64,000 bases of DNA from Octopus sinensis (lineage: Eukaryota): contig NC_043006.1 of assembly GCF_006345805.1 (NCBI RefSeq), positions 30,504,001 to 30,568,000 on the forward strand, read 5' to 3'. Numbering within the stretch: position 1 is the first letter of the stretch; each line of letters opens with the position of its first letter. Positions 11,651 through 24,093 of the stretch are shown here, piece by piece. The notes below the pieces were generated by a model that did no database searches, was not told where the DNA came from, and saw only the letters and a program-made list of their open reading frames with translations. A program made the position numbers and the translations under genes.

Positions 11651-13899
11651 AAAATAATCATTATACAATAAACATTCATAAACACACACACATATATGGT
11701 GGCATGTATACATACATATATATATATGGTGGCATTTAAAAGCACCCATTACACTCTCGGAGTGGTTGGCATTAGGAAGGACATCCAGCTGCAGAAACCA
11801 TGCCAAATCAGACTGAAGTCTGGTGCAGCCTTCCAACATGCCAGCCCTGGTCAAACCCTCCCATGCCACCATGGACAACAGACGTTAAATAATGATGATG
11901 ATGATATAGAGACACACATACATCATCATCGTTTAAAGTCTGTTTTCCATGTTGGCATGGGTTGGATGGTATGACTGGGGACTGGCAAGCCAGAAGGCTG
12001 CACCAGGCTCCAATCTGATCTTACAAAGAGTTTCTACAGCTAGATGTCCTTCCTAACGCCAACCACTCTGAGAGTGTATTGGGTGTTTTTTATGTGCCAC
12101 TGGCATGGGAGCCAGTTTGGTGGGACTGGCATCGGCCACGTTCAGACGGTGCTTTTTACATGCTACCGCCACAAGAGCCAGTTGGGGCAGGGAAGGGGGG
12201 ATGGGGCAGCATTGACCATGTTCGGATGCTGCTTTTTATATGCCACCAGCACAGGGAACCAGTCAGGTGGACCTGGCAACGACCCACACATGAATGGTAC
12301 TTATTGCATGCTACGAGCATGAGAGCCAGTCAGTTCCATTTTTTATTGTGATTTTTGATTTTATTCGACTCAACAGGTCTCCTCAAGCATGGCATGTTGC
12401 CTGAAGATATATATATATATATATACACATATAATAAACCTTTACATAAATAAATAACATGAAATACACGAAGGGACGAATAAAAAGACAAACGGGTCAT
12501 TCAAAGCCTTCATTCTTCAGTCAGAAACTGATCCCTCATTGCAGATTTCGGCTGTTTAATTCTGAGATCCGCTCTGAATCAGCCAGCCACAGAAGGAAAG
12601 AATGCCTCTGTTACACTTGAACTTATCATCAGGCATGAAGTTATCTGCCTCAGTGCAACATCTCACTGAGTTGAGTGGGGTGGGGTCTTGTCATGGGAGT
12701 TAGTTGATGACTTCAATGGTGATTGAAAAGCACCCAGTACACTTTACAAAGTGGTTTGCATTAAGAAGGGCATCCAGCTGTAGAAACTATGCCAAAAGCT
12801 GACATTATATATACATATATATATATACTATAATTTTGGTTCAGCAAAGAAAAGTGAGGCCTATAAACTGGTAAAGGCCCTTCCCTTGAAGAAATTGTAG
12901 AGATGATTTTCTTAAACCTGAGTTTCAAAATCTGAAGGGAATTAGATCAAGGTGAATAACTCTTACTGAGAAAAAGTGTTATGAAATAACTTTGATGCAT
13001 CAAAGCAGAGACATGAAAAGAATGGTTGCTGTGCCAGTTGCATCTGTTGGAGAGGGTAAATGATTCAGAAGAGGAGGGTGGCACTTATTGCTGAGTATTT
13101 TATACAGAGAGGTCATGCTTGATCATTCATCTCTGTTCAAGTGACTACAATTGGAGTTCAAGGAGACATTCTGGATATTAGAGATTTGACAGTGAAAGTA
13201 TAACATACAGTAAACAGTCTCTGAACTTGTTCTATACTCTTCATAATTTGAACATAAGGTAGGTTTGAAATTTCAGCATCATATTCTAATTTAAATCTGA
13301 CTCCCTCTCTCTCTCTATATATATATATATATATCATCATCATCATTTAATGTCTACTTTCCATGCTGGCATGAATAGTTTGACTGGGAACCAGGGGTAC
13401 AGGGCTGCATCAAGCTCCAGTGTCCTCTTTGGCATGTTTTATGTTTTGAATACTCTTCCTAAAACCAACCACTTTACAGAGTGCACTGGGTGCTTTTTTC
13501 ATGCCAACAGCATAAACAGGGAAAAAGCTCCCACTTCTAAGAGGAAGTAATGGAGTGGGTATCAGGATGTGAGGGGGAAATAAACCCAGTGGAGGTTAGG
13601 GTTAATGTAGTGAATGAAGAAATAGGGTGGTGGTGCAGTTGGGAAATACCAGTATGGAGAGGAGTGAGATGGGAGGGAGGCGGTTTTGGAGAGTGGGGCG
13701 ATAGTTAAAGAGGGAACAGGATGTAATATGTGCCAATTTTGCTCTTAGATGAGCACAGGAGCTGAGTAATATCATAGATGGGGAGAGAATGCTTGTTGTG
13801 TCCAAAAGAGTGGGGGGTAGAACGTTGCACATACAAGTATAACCAAGTGGTTTTAGAATATCCTTTTTGCCTTAATGGGCTGGTTTTCTCAAGCACAAC

Positions 13900-14545
13900 A
13901 AAATGCTATTCATCTCGGTCTGTTGTCTTTTCCTCTGTAAGAATCAGCTTTTAATACTTCATCCCAGGTCTTCCTCTTCCATGAGTTCCATCCACCTTGA
14001 GTGATAAGTACTTCTATATGCAGTTGTCCTCATCCATACACATCACATCACCAAACCAGTGTAGTCTTCTCTCTTGCACATTACATCTGATGCCTTCTTA
14101 TACCTAACGTTTCTCTCAATATATCTGCACTTTGTCATGCATACATACTAATATTGCACATACCAGCTCCATTCCTCTCTAGTCTATGTATGTCCTCCAC
14201 ATTTAGGGCCCATGTCCTGCTACTATGGAGCATCTTCCAAAAAAAAACAACTTTTTTAACCTTCTAACCATTTCACTGCACCACTTGTGTGTCCATAGCT
14301 TACACTAGGTATACCATATGGAATTTTTGCTTACACCTTTCCTACCTATCAAGCAGAGCCATTTATCTGAAGGGGTGTGGTCCTGTCCTTTTTCTTGCTT
14401 ACTTTAGTCTTTGCTAAGTTAACTTTAATGCATTTTGATTCCAGGTTTTGCTTCCACAGCCAAAATTTCTTTTTTAATTCTGTTACAGATTCTGCTATGA
14501 GTGTGAGATCATCAACGTTCAGTAGTTCCCAGGGACAGCTAGTCT
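13900..14545 (-). mobile_element. RTE LINE fragment
   Basis: PWELLNVDDLTLIAES...WKQNLESKCIKVNLAKTKV (decayed YADD region) plus C-terminal remnants. Confidence 0.8.
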
Positions 14546-16514
14546 TCATCATCATCATCACCATTTAACGTCTGCTCTCCATGCTGGCATGGGTTAGATG
14601 GTTTGACCGGAACTGGTGAGTCAGAGGGCTGCACCAAGTTCGTCTGATTTGATATCGTTTCTCCGTCATATCAGACTGGAACTTGGTGTAGCCCTGAAGT
14701 AAGAAATTTTTGACTTCATCTATAACACTTTGAAAATCCTTGCAGACAAAGAATTAGCTTTATTAGAAATTTCCTGACAATAATTATTTAATTTTTAGCT
14801 CATTAGAAATAATATTTTCAATTCTAGAAACTACAGGAATGAGAGAATTACCAGGTTACTCTTGTTTTTAAGTATTGCCATACACCAAATAATGGAGCAA
14901 ATTGGCAGAAGCATTAGTTTGTCGGGCAAAATGGTTACCTGCAATCCTTCTGGCCCTTTACAATCTGAGTTCAAATCCTGCTGAGGTGAACTTTACCTTT
15001 TATCCTTTAGTGGTTGATAAAATAAAGTATTGGTTAAATACTGGGGTTGATGTAATCAATCTGCACCTTTCCTTCAAAATTGCTGGCTTTGAACTCAGAT
15101 GTCTTGCTCAGTAGAAGTGCTGAGATCTGTCACTTAAACTGAGTAACCAGCCTTATGAGTCTAAGGGCTCATAACCCCCACCCCAAAACTTGAAATGGTG
15201 TATGACAGCCAATACTTAAAAACATGAACCTAAACATTAAGTGGACTCACGAAATTGCTAACCGAATAGTTTCACAATATTTGTATGTCTTGGACTAGAA
15301 ATACACAAGGTTGTCAGATAGCTAAGGAGATATGTTGATATAAATGAAGGAACGCGGCCTGGTGGTTAGTGTTGCACTCACGATCGCGAGATGGTGGTTT
15401 CGATTTCCAAACCGGCTGTGCACAGTGAACACTTCATTTCACGTTGCTCCAATCCACTCAGTAGTAAATGAGTAACCGTGATGAAGTGGCGTTCGACGGG
15501 TGACTCAAGGAAATCATCAGAATACATTTTGTATTCAGCCTCCGAAAGGAATGAATACAACCCGTACTGTGATTGTCGACTGGTTGAGATTGGTTGTTCA
15601 ATGTCATAAACAACTTTCGCCTTATGGGACACTATGCACATGCGGAAAAATTAGAGAGGAACTGTCTCTAATATGACAGAGTGAGTTTTGTTTGATAAAT
15701 AATGTTTCGTCCATTCTCTTATTCGTGTGTTAAAATAGCGAGATTTTAAATTATTCTTCAATCTGCCAAATTTATTCATTAAGAATATAACTGGCAAAAG
15801 TAAAAACACGATAAAAAGAACGAGTCACAACGGAATGCAGATCATCTCATTCATAAATGCAATATTGGTATTTCTTTCTAAACTGATTTTAAGGCAACCC
15901 CAAACACTTGTACTGTTCCTTTGAATAAAGGCAGGGTTGGGGCAGACAGGCAGAAACTGGCTCTAATGTCCTTTTTTAAAGTTAGTGAGGAACAAGGGCA
16001 GTGTGTGTGGCCTTCGCAAACCATGACTAATAACAACAAATATACTTGATAGACAATTGATATACACAGAGCAATTACATGTAACAAACTACCTGCTTGA
16101 GTGGAGTATGTGTTGTCTATGTAGGTTGCGTTTGTGAATAAATAAACATTCTCACCACAGATTAAAAAATATTACTATGGCCTTCGTCTTATAATTTCCA
16201 TCGTAAACTGGACAAATCAATGATATAAAATTATATCTATGAGTAAAAATAGCTTTTGATTAAACGCTAATTTATAGTCTCTATATATCACTTTTATAAT
16301 CTCTAATAGGCAGATATTGCGTATTTCAATCAAACACGCAGATCTTACAACGACACGATTTACAAACAGTAAACAACTTCCTGTCAAAAGAAGGGAGATA
16401 AGTCATATATTACAAACGAAAATCCAAGGAAGACAACCCAAGTGGTCGTCGGAATATTTTTCATCAACGAATCTGACTGAAGAGATCTCTTTTAGTCTGG
16501 AGAATCCTCAAAGG

Positions 16515-17240
16515 TGAGGGCATCCCTACACAAGTATGCCCACCACCGATTTTGTTTCCTCATAACTTACGAAAAAAATTCTTTGATGAAACTTTCTACA
16601 AATATGCTTCAGATGGTGTAGATGTAAATTATATTGGAATTTGTGGTGACAATTTTTTTCCGGATTTGGGAGAGGAGTTTCGGAAAATTCACACGAATCG
16701 GCCTTGTTTCCTCATAATTTTCAGAAAAATTAGTATTTTCTAATGAAATTTTCTATGAATACTTTTCAGAGTGTGTAGATTATGATTGTAGCGGAATTTA
16801 ATGCGGAAAAAAAAATATATATGGGCTCGCACACATTACATATATCCACAAAACGAAAGTTCACATTTCGGAAAAAATTGTGATGTGTGTCAGTATGTGT
16901 GCGTTGTCATCATTTTTCTTTTCACATCAAATTCCAAATTATTGTAAGTTGCACACTCTAAAGGATATTTATTGAAAATTTCATTAAAAAATACCAATTT
17001 TTCTGAAAGTCATGAGCAGACAATGCCGACTTGTATGAATTTTCCGAAACTCCTCTTCCCACCCCTAGAAAAAAATTTTCACCACAAATTCCAGTATAAT
17101 GTGAATCTACACCATCTGAAGCGCATTTGTAAAAAATTTCATCAAAAAAGTGGGGTGAAATAAAAAAAAAATATTCATTTTTCTGAACGTTATGAGGAAA
17201 TAGTCGTGGAGGGTCACACTTGTGTAGGTATTCTCAGGTG
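16515..17240. mobile_element. Foldback/MITE-like element with about 300-bp imperfect inverted arms
   Basis: cctacacaag...tttcctcataac...ttcagatggtgtagat (left) is mirrored by atctacaccatctgaag...gttatgaggaaa...cttgtgtagg (right). Confidence 0.75.
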
Positions 17241-17416
17241 AGATTGATGCAACTAATGCCTAACTTGAATATATAGGACGAAAACGTGGACGTGAAGGAA
17301 ACTGAAGATGTATGCTTCGAAGAAATACTCTTTCCAGTGCATGTCTTAAATAATACGAATTGTTTTCTAATAAACTTCTTCCTAAAAACTTCCTTGGTAG
17401 GATTGGTATATTTTCA

Positions 17417-17451
<35 letters not shown>

Positions 17452-17995
17452 TAATAATGATGAAATTATGGTATACAGTGCTCAGGTGCACCACAACTTG
17501 TCAAAAAGTGCGTATAAAGTATATGCAGTAATGTACAAAATGCCTGGAAAGCGAACAGTGTATGAGTCAGATACATGCTTGCGTGTGTAAGGAGGGGAGA
17601 AAAATCAGGTGTAGTGTTGGCGAATCTCAGGAAGCATGGAAGTTTTGAAGGATGCAGTGCTCCGACAACTAACAACTGATGCCGGCAGTCTGTTCCATGC
17701 TTCAACGACTCTTAGCGTGAAAAAATGTTTCCGAAAGTCATGGGAGCTGTGCTGTTTTCTGACTTCGTAAACATGTCCACGGGTGTTAGACAGGTGGAGT
17801 TTGAAAAGGTGCTCAGAGTTATTGTTTGTAAGATGGTTAATAATTTTATGGGTGTCTGCCAAGTCAGCTGCCAGACTTCGGAGTTTCAATGTGTCCAGGC
17901 CCAGGGAAGTAAGGAGTTCTGAATATGGCAAATGCCTGATGGAGGGTATTCTCTTGGTTGCACGACGCTGAATGGTTTCCAGACGATTAATATCC
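17417..17995 (-). mobile_element. CR1-clade LINE 3' end with (ATT)n tail
   Basis: YSELLTSLGLDTLKLRSLAADL...TRGH...RKHFFTLRVVEAWNRLP, about 140 nt of 3'UTR, and (AAT)n at 17417-17460. Confidence 0.87.
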
Positions 17996-18009
17996 GGTCA
18001 GTTTATGCT

Positions 18010-18418
18010 CCAGTCACGAAAAAAAAAACAACAACAAAAAACAGCCTACTATTTAAAAAAAAAATGTGTAGAAAACGAATACGAAAACAAAAATTTTGCG
18101 TAAACGAACGGGGCGGAGAGAGGACTTTCGGAAAATTCACAAGATACGATAGTTCCCTCATAACTTTAAGGAAAATGGATATATATTAATGAAATTTTAT
18201 AGAAACTCCTTTCAAACGGCATAGTGTACGATTACAAAGAAATGTGTGAGAAAAATGTCTTCCTGAAAGTTATGAGGAAAAAATCGGATCATGTGAAGTT
18301 TCCGAATGTCCTCTCCCCGCCTATCCGTTCGTTTGCACAAATTTTTATTTTCATATTCGTTCTCTACACATTTTTTTTACACCTTGTAGGCTAGGGTTTT
18401 TTTTTTTTCGTGACCAGG
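18010..18418. mobile_element. MITE/foldback with about 165-bp inverted arms, related to 16515-17240
   Basis: gtcacgaaaaaa...agcctac...tgtgtagaaaacgaat...ttcggaaaattcaca...cctcataacttt is mirrored by aaagttatgagg...tgtgaagtttccgaa...attcgttctctacaca...gtaggct...ttttcgtgac. Confidence 0.8.
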
Positions 18419-19079
18419 ACTTGAACCTTTTTCATTGAGTTTGGGAGAGGATATTATTTCATGCTGCATTACATAATTCGATTTTGTCGAATGACCTCAT
18501 TAATTAAAGAATATAGAACAATTCTGGAAGAACAAAAAAAGGTAATAAATTTAATACAAGGTAATAATACTAATAAGATAATATATTGTCTATAAATTAA
18601 TACTCTACCTCCCTGCCTGGTTTGCGTGTCACTCTAAATTTTTTAACTTAAATTTTTTAAAAATTGTACTTGTGGTAGAGTAGGTGGCGGAGACGGTGAA
18701 GTTAGGGTTGATAATGGGGATGAAGAAAGATACACAGAGAGAGAAAGAGAAGGAAAGAGAAGGAAGTATGTAAAATATATATTGTTTCTTTATTCTTTCT
18801 ACTTGTTTCAATCATTTGACTGGGGCCATGCTGGAGCACCACTTTATATATCATGCAATATATATGCGTGTGCGTACATTTATATGTATGTGACAAGTAA
18901 TTGATTGTGTATCAGTATTTTTTAATCTACATTTCTCTTTTTCCTTTTTTTCTTTCTCCTATCATTCAATGTTACCACCTCAAATAACACCCGTCACGAA
19001 TTTCTCTTCCATCTCTTTCACATTCTCATATATATATATATATGCTGCTATTCACTATTGTCTCCATTAGCAGCAAAAT

Positions 19080-20990
19080 ATCTTCCTGGGTTTTCCACTT
19101 CCACAACTGCCCTCCACTTTTTATACAACTCCCCTTATTCATTTGCATCACATGACCAAACCAGAGCAGTCTCCTCTCTTGCACACTACATATAATTCCT
19201 CTTATGCCCAACTTCCCTCTCAATGCATCAGTGCTCTGTTAAACATGTACACTTACATTACACATCCAGCAGAGCATACTCGCCTCATTCTCTCTAGCCT
19301 TTGCATGTCCTCCGCATTCACAGCCTATGTCTCACTATCATGTAAAATTGCTTTTTCTATGCATGTGTCATACAACCTTCCTTTCACTCGTTTGCTTGCC
19401 AACAGAGGTAAAAGTTCTCTGAACTTTCTCCCTTTTATTCTTATTCCAGCAATTACACTTTCTGTACAACCTCTTACACTGTTAATTAGGTCACCTAGGT
19501 AGCAAAAGTTATCTACAACTTCCAGAAAGCCACCAGGTCATTTAAGGAAATCACTTTCCCATGTATCTGAGGTCTTTATGGTTCCCATACATCTTCCACA
19601 TAAAAACACTACTTTGTCTGTTAACCTTCTCCTATTTCACTGCACCTCTTGTGTGTCCATATCTTCCACTGGGTACACTGAATGGAATTTCTGCCTAAAC
19701 CCTTCCTACATTTTGAGCAGGGCCATTTACAGGAAGGGTGAAGAGTCCTATCCGATTTCTTACTCACTAGGATCTTGATCTTTGCTAAGTCTAATTTAAA
19801 ACCCTTGGATTCCATGTTCTGTTTCGACACCTGGAATTTCTTTTCTAATTCTTTACAGATTTTGCTATGAAGGCAAAATCATCAGTATGTAGGAGTTCCT
19901 GTGGGCTTCCAGTCTTAAATTTCTGTTATAGTGTGGAGGACAAAGATGAATTGGAAGGGGCTGAGTATTGAGTCTTGTTGAACACATACCTGTACACTAA
20001 ATCCATCACTGTACCCATAGCCAACTCTTACCTTACTAATAGCAACCTTGTATACGGCCTGTACCCCATTCACAAGCTATTCCTCTACCCCTCCCACTCA
20101 CCATCACAGACATAAACCATTGTTAAAACAACAATATTTCACAAGTAAACTTAACCTTATTAACCCTTTATTTTATTTGTTTTTTATTTACATCCATTGC
20201 CCCATTTTTCTTCAAAGTTCCCCCTGGAATTTTCCACTGCCCCCAGGGGGGCAGTACCGCCCACTTTGGAAACTACTGCTCTAGATCAACAAATGCAATG
20301 TACAATGGCTTGTTCTTAGCTAAATACTTTTCTTGCAGTTGCCTGACAATGAAAATAGCATCCATGATGCTTCTTCCTGGGACAAAACTGAATGGCATTT
20401 CATCTCATCTAATTCCGTTCCTAACTGATTGGGCTATAACTCTCTCTGCAACTTACATCACCTGGTCCAGCAATTTGATACCTCTATAATTATTTCTCAG
20501 GCCTGGCCAACTCAAATTACATTGCGGGTTACTTTAATCACACAAAGTTTTTTGAGGGCCGCTTGTATACTGACAGAATTTAAAGCATTTTGCTTTCTCA
20601 TGCTATTATTGCAATAATGAATGACTGGTTGTTGATTCAGCATGAAATATTATTGTTGCAATAACAGTAATATCTTTATTTTTTACTTTTCATTACAATC
20701 TTTAATTTTTGATAAAATTTTTTAAATGTTTGTTTAAATAAACCCATTTCAAGAAAGATAAAAGTTTGCAGGCTGTAGGCCTCAGCTGGGCCAGCCCTGC
20801 TCGAAGGCAACTCCCTTGCCCTTGTAGCAGCTGACTATGATGCTGCTGCACCAGCCACTAGGGATTGTACCCCATTCTGAATAATTTAATTAATTATACT
20901 GCTGACTTGACTATATCCAACTCTACCAGATCTCTTAAGCATCTTGGCAGTGAAGTGACTCCTGACGGACCAGGGGCCTTCCCTGTCTTA
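19080..20990 (-). mobile_element. RTE LINE fragment carrying two hAT-like MITE insertions
   Basis: GIRGIICSVQERRLLWFGHV and KQNMESKGFKLDLAKIKIL...WPCSKCRKGLGRNSIQC; remnants of the NYRGIKLLD region near 20465-20495. Confidence 0.85.
20498..20799. mobile_element. hAT (Charlie-like) MITE
   Basis: Termini CAGGCCTGGCCAACT / AGCTGGGCCAGCCCTG form an imperfect TIR pair. RTE sequence resumes on both sides. Confidence 0.6.
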
Positions 20991-21709
20991 TGTATGTATG
21001 TATGTATATATATATATATATATATAATATATATATATATGTATGTATGTATGTATCATCATCATCAACATCGTTTAACGTCCGTTTTCCATACTAGCAT
21101 GGGTTGGAAGGTTTGACCAGGACTGGTAAGCTGCACCAGACTTCTGTCTGATTTGGTATGGTTCTCTATGGTTGGATGCCCTTCCAAACGCCAACCACTC
21201 TGAGAGTGTAGTGGGGGCTGTTATGTGCCATTTACATGACACAAGTATCTGTCACAACTGCAATTTTGCTTGGCTTGATGAGTCTTCTTCTCAAGCATGA
21301 CATAATGCCAAAGGTTTTGGTCATTGCCTCTGTGAGTCCCAACTCTCGAAATATAGAGTAGATGAAACCATGGCGACTGAAGAAGGGGTTTTTTCTTTGT
21401 GTTAATTGTCCTGTACTCTACTTTTTTGTTGTTTATATAGTATAAATAGTATATATAGAAGTAAAATGAAATGAAGTTGAAACATTCCTGTCACAACCTG
21501 GGGCCTTGAAGACTGCTTTAATGCAAGAAAGTATACTAGTCCCTTAATATTTGATATTCAATAATACAATCAACACTTCATTTCATTTTACTACTATATA
21601 CACTATTTATACTATATATTCTACATTAATATTATAAAGAATATAAATAAAACATAAAAAACAGAGTTGGAATTCCTTTGAATAATATATATATATATAT
21701 ATACACACT

Positions 21710-22730
21710 GAAAATGTGCTTAAAACAGCTTCTCTCACATGCCAGGGGAAAAAACTATAAGTAGTTGATAGCTCCCATTTCCTAGGTGACCAAGTCAGTA
21801 ATGGAGGTGGACACTCTGAGAGTGTAGCTGCTTGTATTAGAATAGCCTGGGCAAAGTTCAGAGAGCTCCTAACACTACTGGTGACAAAGGGCCTCTCGCT
21901 CAGTGTAAAAGGTAGACTGTATGATGCATGTATACAAACAGCCACATGGCAGTGGAACATGGGCCGTGACTGCTGAGGGCATGCATAAACTTGCAAGGAA
22001 TGAAGTTAGTATTCTCTGCTTGATGTATAATGTCAGTGTGCACACACGACAGAGTGTAAGCACCTGAGAGAAAAGTTGGACATAAGAAGCATCAGATGTA
22101 GTGTGCAAGAGAGACGACTGCATTGGTATGGTCATGTGTTATGTATGGATGAGGATAGCTGTGTGAAAAAGTGTCACACCCTAGCAGTAGAGGGAATTTG
22201 TGGAAGAGGTAGACCCAGGAAAACCTGGGATAAGGTGGTGAAGCACGACCTTTGAATGTTGGGCCTCATGGAGGCGATGACAAGTGATCAAGACTTTTGG
22301 AGATATGCTGTGCTTGAGAAGACCTGGCAAGCCAAGTGAGACAACTGTAGCCTATGCCGGTGCAGCATAACCGGCCCATTTAAGAGTACCCTTCAATCAT
22401 TGAGCAATAAACTGCACTTGCAAAGACCTGTTAAATGAAGTCATTGTTGTGGCCGAACACAGTACTGCCTGATTGGCACATAAAAAGCACCATTCGCGCG
22501 TGATCGTTGCCAGTACCGCTTGACTGGCTCCCGTACCGATGGCACATAAAAAGCACCCACTATATTCTCCGAGTGGTTGGCGTTAGGAAGAGCATCCAGC
22601 TGTAGAAACTTTGCCAGATCAGATAGGAGCCTAGTAGTATAGCCTTCAGGCTTGCCAACCCTCAATCAAATCGTGCAACCCATGCTAGCATAGAAAGCGG
22701 GCGTTAAGCGACGTCGACGATGATGATGAT
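21710..22730 (+). mobile_element. RTE LINE 3' fragment with short modular 3'UTR and tail
   Basis: IRIAWAKFRELL.LLVTKGLSL.VKGRLYDAC...ERRLHWYGHV...GRGRPRKTW, then the tail. Confidence 0.88.
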
Positions 22731-23439
22731 GGCCCCGTAGAAATATTACTTTCTTTGGTAAGAAGTGAATGTTGGTGATAAAGTATCCAGTTGTAAAAAA
22801 AAAATCTGCCTCAAGTAATTTCTTCTATCCCATGCAAGCATGGAAAAGTTGACGTTAAAACGATGATAATACAGATACATTTAAGTACCATCTGTTTGTA
22901 TGCTTAGATGTATTAATTTTTAATAAATGTTTGGCGGTATAGCTGACTGAAATAAGAAGGCGATAGAATCGGTCCTCCAGCATGTCTATAGTCCAATAAC
23001 TGAAACATGAAAAAAACTGTCATATGAAAGAAAGTTTTTAATCGGCTAAGTTGATGTTTCTTACTCGTCACTTTAATACAGGTGTTAGTGATTATCTCAA
23101 ACAATTTATCGGGCAAAGCACATATTGTTTCAGCTTATATTTAATACAGACTTGAATATTACAGCGACTAATATAAAAAATGCGAAGAATTTTGTTAAAA
23201 CATTGTTTTACATGCGCCTGTTTTAATCTACTTAAGACAAAGTACAAAGGTTAACTCGTGGGTGACGATAGTTAAACTTCACAACTTGATGATAATGAAG
23301 ATATATATATTTTTTACTTTAATGAAATTAAAAATTCAATTCTGTAGTAAAAAGAAATAAAAATGAGTGTCCGTGTATATGTATATATATATATATATAT
23401 TACACACACATACTACCCATCTCTATATAGAAAGCTCTA

Positions 23440-23560
23440 AGATGATTTGTATCGGGTTGGGAGGCGGCCTTATAAGCCGGACCACGTGCGAAGTGGGAGT
23501 ATTGAAACTATAGAACGAAACCATTTACTTTGCTCCAAAGGGGTGAATAGTTGGCGCAAC
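23440..23560 (+). promoter_or_regulatory. Candidate IGF2BP core promoter
   Basis: Locally GC/CpG-rich patch about 450 nt upstream of the ATG, with GGGAGGCGG, CTTATAAG (TATAA 23471-23475) and CACGTG E-box (23483-23488). No transcript evidence. Confidence 0.5.
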
Positions 23561-23921
23561 AGTTGCTTATCATAGTTTGGGAAATCTTAATACTTTGAGC
23601 AGAATACTTGAAAGTGTTTTCTCTGTATTTATAAGTTTGATAGAGTAAATAAGTTAACAATAATTATTTGAAAGTTTTTAATGGTTTAAAGATTGATGTT
23701 GCACTTCCCTTAAATATGCTTCCTCCCCTCCTATAGCCTGTAGAAGTAACGCTACCGTATTACTCCGCTTACCTTGTTGGACTGTTTTTTTTTTTGACTG
23801 TCAAACTATATTTGTAATATAGTACCAAATATTTCTTCATCTTTACGAATTATTTTTGCTGTTGCATTTCTAAAACTCTTTTTAACTATCAAAGTTGCTT
23901 TCCTACTGTTAAACAAAGGAA

Positions 23922-24093
23922 ATGTTTAAACTATACATAGGGAATTTACCGCCCAACATTAGCGATAGCAACCTGAGCGGTTTGTTCAAGGAGCATGGAG
24001 TAGAGACAAGCCATATATTGCTAAAGTCCAACTACGCTTTTGTTGATTGTCCCGATCAGATTAACGTCGATAAAGCTATTGACAAGCTCAACG
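23922..24093 (+). CDS. IGF2BP: IGF2BP/Imp family RNA-binding protein, exon 1 (RRM1)
   Basis: MFKLYIGNLPPNISDSNLSGLFKEHGVETSHILLKSNYAFVDCPDQINVDKAIDKLN resembles the IGF2BP N-terminus MNKLYIGNL...KSGYAFVDCPDE. Donor G/GTAAGA at 24094, phase 1. Confidence 0.95.

Noticed and set aside
12486-12600. Possible type II hammerhead on the minus strand (GAAA...CTGAAGA)
   Set aside because: No UH cleavage triplet or stem III in the right place, and stem II is offset.
18601-18682. Short hairpin tactctacc...ggtagagta
   Set aside because: 9-bp stem with an AT-rich loop and no snoRNA or miRNA hallmarks; could be chance.
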